A stretch of 64,000 nt of DNA from Vicinamibacteria bacterium (GTDB taxonomy: Bacteria > Acidobacteriota > Vicinamibacteria > Marinacidobacterales > Marinacidobacteraceae), in NCBI GenBank assembly GCA_964291235.2, contig OZ219816.1, positions 320,001 to 384,000 of the forward strand. The letters run 5' to 3'. Below are positions 61,738 to 64,000 of this stretch, one piece after another (position 1 is the stretch's first letter; the number at the start of each line of letters is the position of its first letter). The position numbers and the translations under genes are program-made. The notes below the pieces were generated by a model that saw nothing but the letters and a program-made list of their open reading frames with translations, was not told the origin of the DNA and did not search any database.

Positions 61738-61812
61738 TGCCGACGGGTGGGGTCTATGCCGACGCGGGCCTACGGCCCGCTGTGCCGGCCTGGAGGCCGG
61801 CGTTCCCGTGCC
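61738..61812 (-). repeat. Solo REP-like unit at the right edge of the island
   Basis: TGCCGACGGGTGGGGTCT.TGCCGACGCGGGCCTACGGCCCGCTGTGCCGGCCTGGAGGCCGGCGTTCCC, as in the 26-kb array units. Confidence 0.85.
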
Positions 61813-61887
61813 GGCATCCCGTGAGCGCGAGCAGCAAGGGACCGCCCGCGGGCCTGCGGCCCGCCGTGCTCTGACGTCCATCGGACG

Positions 61888-63132
61888 TCAGAGCGTTGAA
61901 GAGGCCGCTTTCGCTTCCGGCAAGGGTCCGTACGTCAGCGTCCGCCACAGCCTCTCGAGCGGGCCGTGGGAGTACCGGCGCAGCCAGATCGGGGACAGCC
62001 ACAACTGGAGCGCCCACACCGCGAAGACGATCAGGAGCTGCTGGTAGCGCTCGACACTCGCGAAGAGGCCGAATCCGTGGCCGTAGAAGATCGTGGTGCA
62101 GAGCACGGTCTGGAGCAGGTAGTTCGTGAAGGCCATCCGCCCCACCGCGGCCAGCCGCGCCTGCAGGCCCGGCAGTTGGCCCCGGCGGACCACAAGCATC
62201 ACCATGGCGAGGTAGGCGAGGGCCATCGGGATGCAGCCCCAGGAGTTGAACAGGGTGCCGAAGAACATCGACCGCTCCCAGGCCCACCCGCCCGAGGCGT
62301 TCCACGCCATGCCGATGAGCACGAGCGCCGATCCGGAAAGCAGGCCGATAACGGCGAGCCGCTCGTAGAAGCGGTCGTCCTTTGCTGCGCTCAGCACGCC
62401 CCACTTGTAAAGGGCCATGCCGATGAGCATCAGACCGCCACAGAACCACAGCATGAATAAAGGCAGGGCGCCGAGCTGGACTCCGAGCGCGTGCTCCGTG
62501 CGGAGTGGCTGCTGCTCACTCCAGCCGCCGCGGTAGGCAGCGATCTCGGCGTCCAGGTCGGAAGCGTCAGGAGCCCATTCCTGTGCGATCTTGGAGGACA
62601 CTTCTGCCGGAAGTTCGGGGCTTAGCAGCGCGGATCCGACGAGGGCAGTCAAGAGGCTCATCACCACAAGGGAGGCCAACCCGACGACCAGCAGCGTGCG
62701 CGGCCGGCGGCGTCGCAACAGATAGACGAGACACCCGCAGACGGCGTAGGGCACGAGGATGTCGCCGGCCCACAAGAGATAGGCGTGGGCAAGGCCGAAT
62801 ACCAGGAGCCAACCCATGCGCCGGTAGTGCCAGACCCCGGGCTGGCCGCCGCGGGCCTCGATGCGATCGGAGAAGAGGCAGATTCCCGCGCCGAACAGGA
62901 TCGAGAAGAGCGTGACGAACTTCTGGGCGAAAAAGAGATGGCTGAAGGTCCAGGCGCCCAGGTTGATCCCCGAGAAGTCGCCCCACGCCGTGGGGTTCTG
63001 GTACGCGGCGACCGGCATCGAGAAGATCTGGATGTTCATCACCAGGATGCCGAGCAGGGCGAAGCCGCGCAGCACATCCAGACTGGCGATCCGCGCGCCG
63101 GCTTCCACCGGCTTCGCGGACCGATCGCTCAC
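61888..63132 (-). CDS. DUF418 (YeiB-like) membrane protein
   Basis: RIASLDVLRGFALLGIL, GRMAFTNYLLQT, GPLERLWR. Confidence 0.9.
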   Translation of the reverse strand: MSDRSAKPVEAGARIASLDVLRGFALLGILVMNIQIFSMPVAAYQNPTAWGDFSGINLGAWTFSHLFFAQKFVTLFSILFGAGICLFSDRIEARGGQPGVWHYRRMGWLLVFGLAHAYLLWAGDILVPYAVCGCLVYLLRRRRPRTLLVVGLASLVVMSLLTALVGSALLSPELPAEVSSKIAQEWAPDASDLDAEIAAYRGGWSEQQPLRTEHALGVQLGALPLFMLWFCGGLMLIGMALYKWGVLSAAKDDRFYERLAVIGLLSGSALVLIGMAWNASGGWAWERSMFFGTLFNSWGCIPMALAYLAMVMLVVRRGQLPGLQARLAAVGRMAFTNYLLQTVLCTTIFYGHGFGLFASVERYQQLLIVFAVWALQLWLSPIWLRRYSHGPLERLWRTLTYGPLPEAKAASSTL

Positions 63133-63133
63133 G

Positions 63134-63796
63134 TCAGGGTTCCGGCGAATCCCGGTACAGCCAGGCGACGAAGGGGGTCGCGATCAGCGCTCCCACGATC
63201 TCCATGAGGACGAACATCGGGGCGTCCACCGGCCGAATCCCGCAGAAGGTGTCGGTGAAGCTCCGCGCCAGGGTGACCGCGGGGTTTGCGAAGGAGGTCG
63301 AGGCGGTGAACCAGCAGGCCGCGAAGATGTAGATCCCGACGGCCGCCGCCACCGCCTGGGGGCGGACCTTGATGCAGCCGAAGATGGTCAGGATGAGTCC
63401 GAAGGTCGCCACCACCTCGGAAACCCACTGCCCCGGACCCGTCCGGACCTGGGTCGCCGTCTGCAGGAGCGGCAGGTCGAACATCAGGTGCGTCACCAGC
63501 ATTCCGGCCAAACCGCCTGCCGCCTGCACGACGACGTAGAGCCCGGCGTCGCGCCCGGAGATCTCCTTCCGGAGCAGGAAGGCCAGCGTTACCGCCGGGT
63601 TGATGTGGCAGCCGGACACCGGGGCGAAGAGCCAGATGAGGACCACCAGCCCCGCCCCGATCGCCGCCGTGGTGCCGATGAGCGCGACCCCGTCGTTTCC
63701 TCCCGAGAGGTTCACGGCCATGATGCCGGCGCCGATGATCACCGCGAGCAGCCCGGCGGTGCCGAGGAATTCGGCGGCGAGGCGACGGGCGAGCAT
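63134..63796 (-). CDS. MIP/aquaporin family channel
   Basis: AEFLGT, SGCHINPAVT, STSFANPAVT. Confidence 0.9.
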   Translation of the reverse strand: MLARRLAAEFLGTAGLLAVIIGAGIMAVNLSGGNDGVALIGTTAAIGAGLVVLIWLFAPVSGCHINPAVTLAFLLRKEISGRDAGLYVVVQAAGGLAGMLVTHLMFDLPLLQTATQVRTGPGQWVSEVVATFGLILTIFGCIKVRPQAVAAAVGIYIFAACWFTASTSFANPAVTLARSFTDTFCGIRPVDAPMFVLMEIVGALIATPFVAWLYRDSPEP

Positions 63797-63851
63797 GGAA
63801 GTCAGGCGCGGCGTACGGTAATCGCTCGGCGTCCCGCAGCCGCGCGGGGAC

Positions 63852-64000
63852 TCAGCCGAGCGCGCTCAGGTCGGCGCGCCCGTCGCGGAGGGGCGGGCAC
63901 CAGAAGTACCCGCCGGACACCGGCCGCGTGAACCGGAACAGGTGGTCCGCGATCCGGTCGGAGGCTCCGGTCATCCGATCGAGGTGGTACTCGAACGCGT
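63852..64000 (-). CDS. Dyp-type peroxidase, C-terminal part
   Basis: Manual translation: AFEYHLDRMTGASDRIADHLFRFTRPVSGGYFWCPP..DLSALG*. Confidence 0.75.
   Translation of the reverse strand, partial: AFEYHLDRMTGASDRIADHLFRFTRPVSGGYFWCPPLRDGRADLSALG

Noticed and set aside
61706-61790. Complete tRNA gene
   Set aside because: There is no anticodon arm, TTC T-loop or 3' acceptor strand.
56901-61812. Intact prophage or ICE
   Set aside because: No integrase, structural, T4SS or clearly intact replication genes are present.

Overview
High-GC (about 70% by eye) bacterial chromosomal window. Gene content suggests Acidobacteriota (inference): the M56/TonB-BlaI pair, futalosine-pathway MqnD, an FGE-sulfatase protein and Acidobacteria-type hypotheticals. 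The backbone is housekeeping: rplU-rpmA-obgE-nadD-rsfS-lapB, rho, hisS, cstA, ggt, acnA, coaX, mqnD, udk, gatB, accD-folC-proS and a PlsB-like acyltransferase. Three layers sit on top of this. (1) One family of REP-like ssDNA hairpin repeats occurs as 120-bp tandem arrays, 217-bp inverted-repeat elements and solo copies; its stems show compensatory changes and its second hairpin keeps a C-GNA-G triloop. (2) Small accessory islets lie next to these repeats: an MNT gene between two synonymously diverged copies of a gene 3' end, an orphan Phd antitoxin, a ~3.8-kb SIR2-domain defence-like gene hidden by frameshifts, and a ~4.9-kb lower-GC island with a HEPN/MtlR-like gene and DUF4760. (3) A divergent pair of lipoproteins shares an unannotated domain. 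Frameshifts in lysE and the normally essential accD fall in homopolymer runs, so many indels at 46-51.5 kb may be consensus errors. No rRNA, complete tRNA, CRISPR array, transposase or reverse transcriptase was seen.
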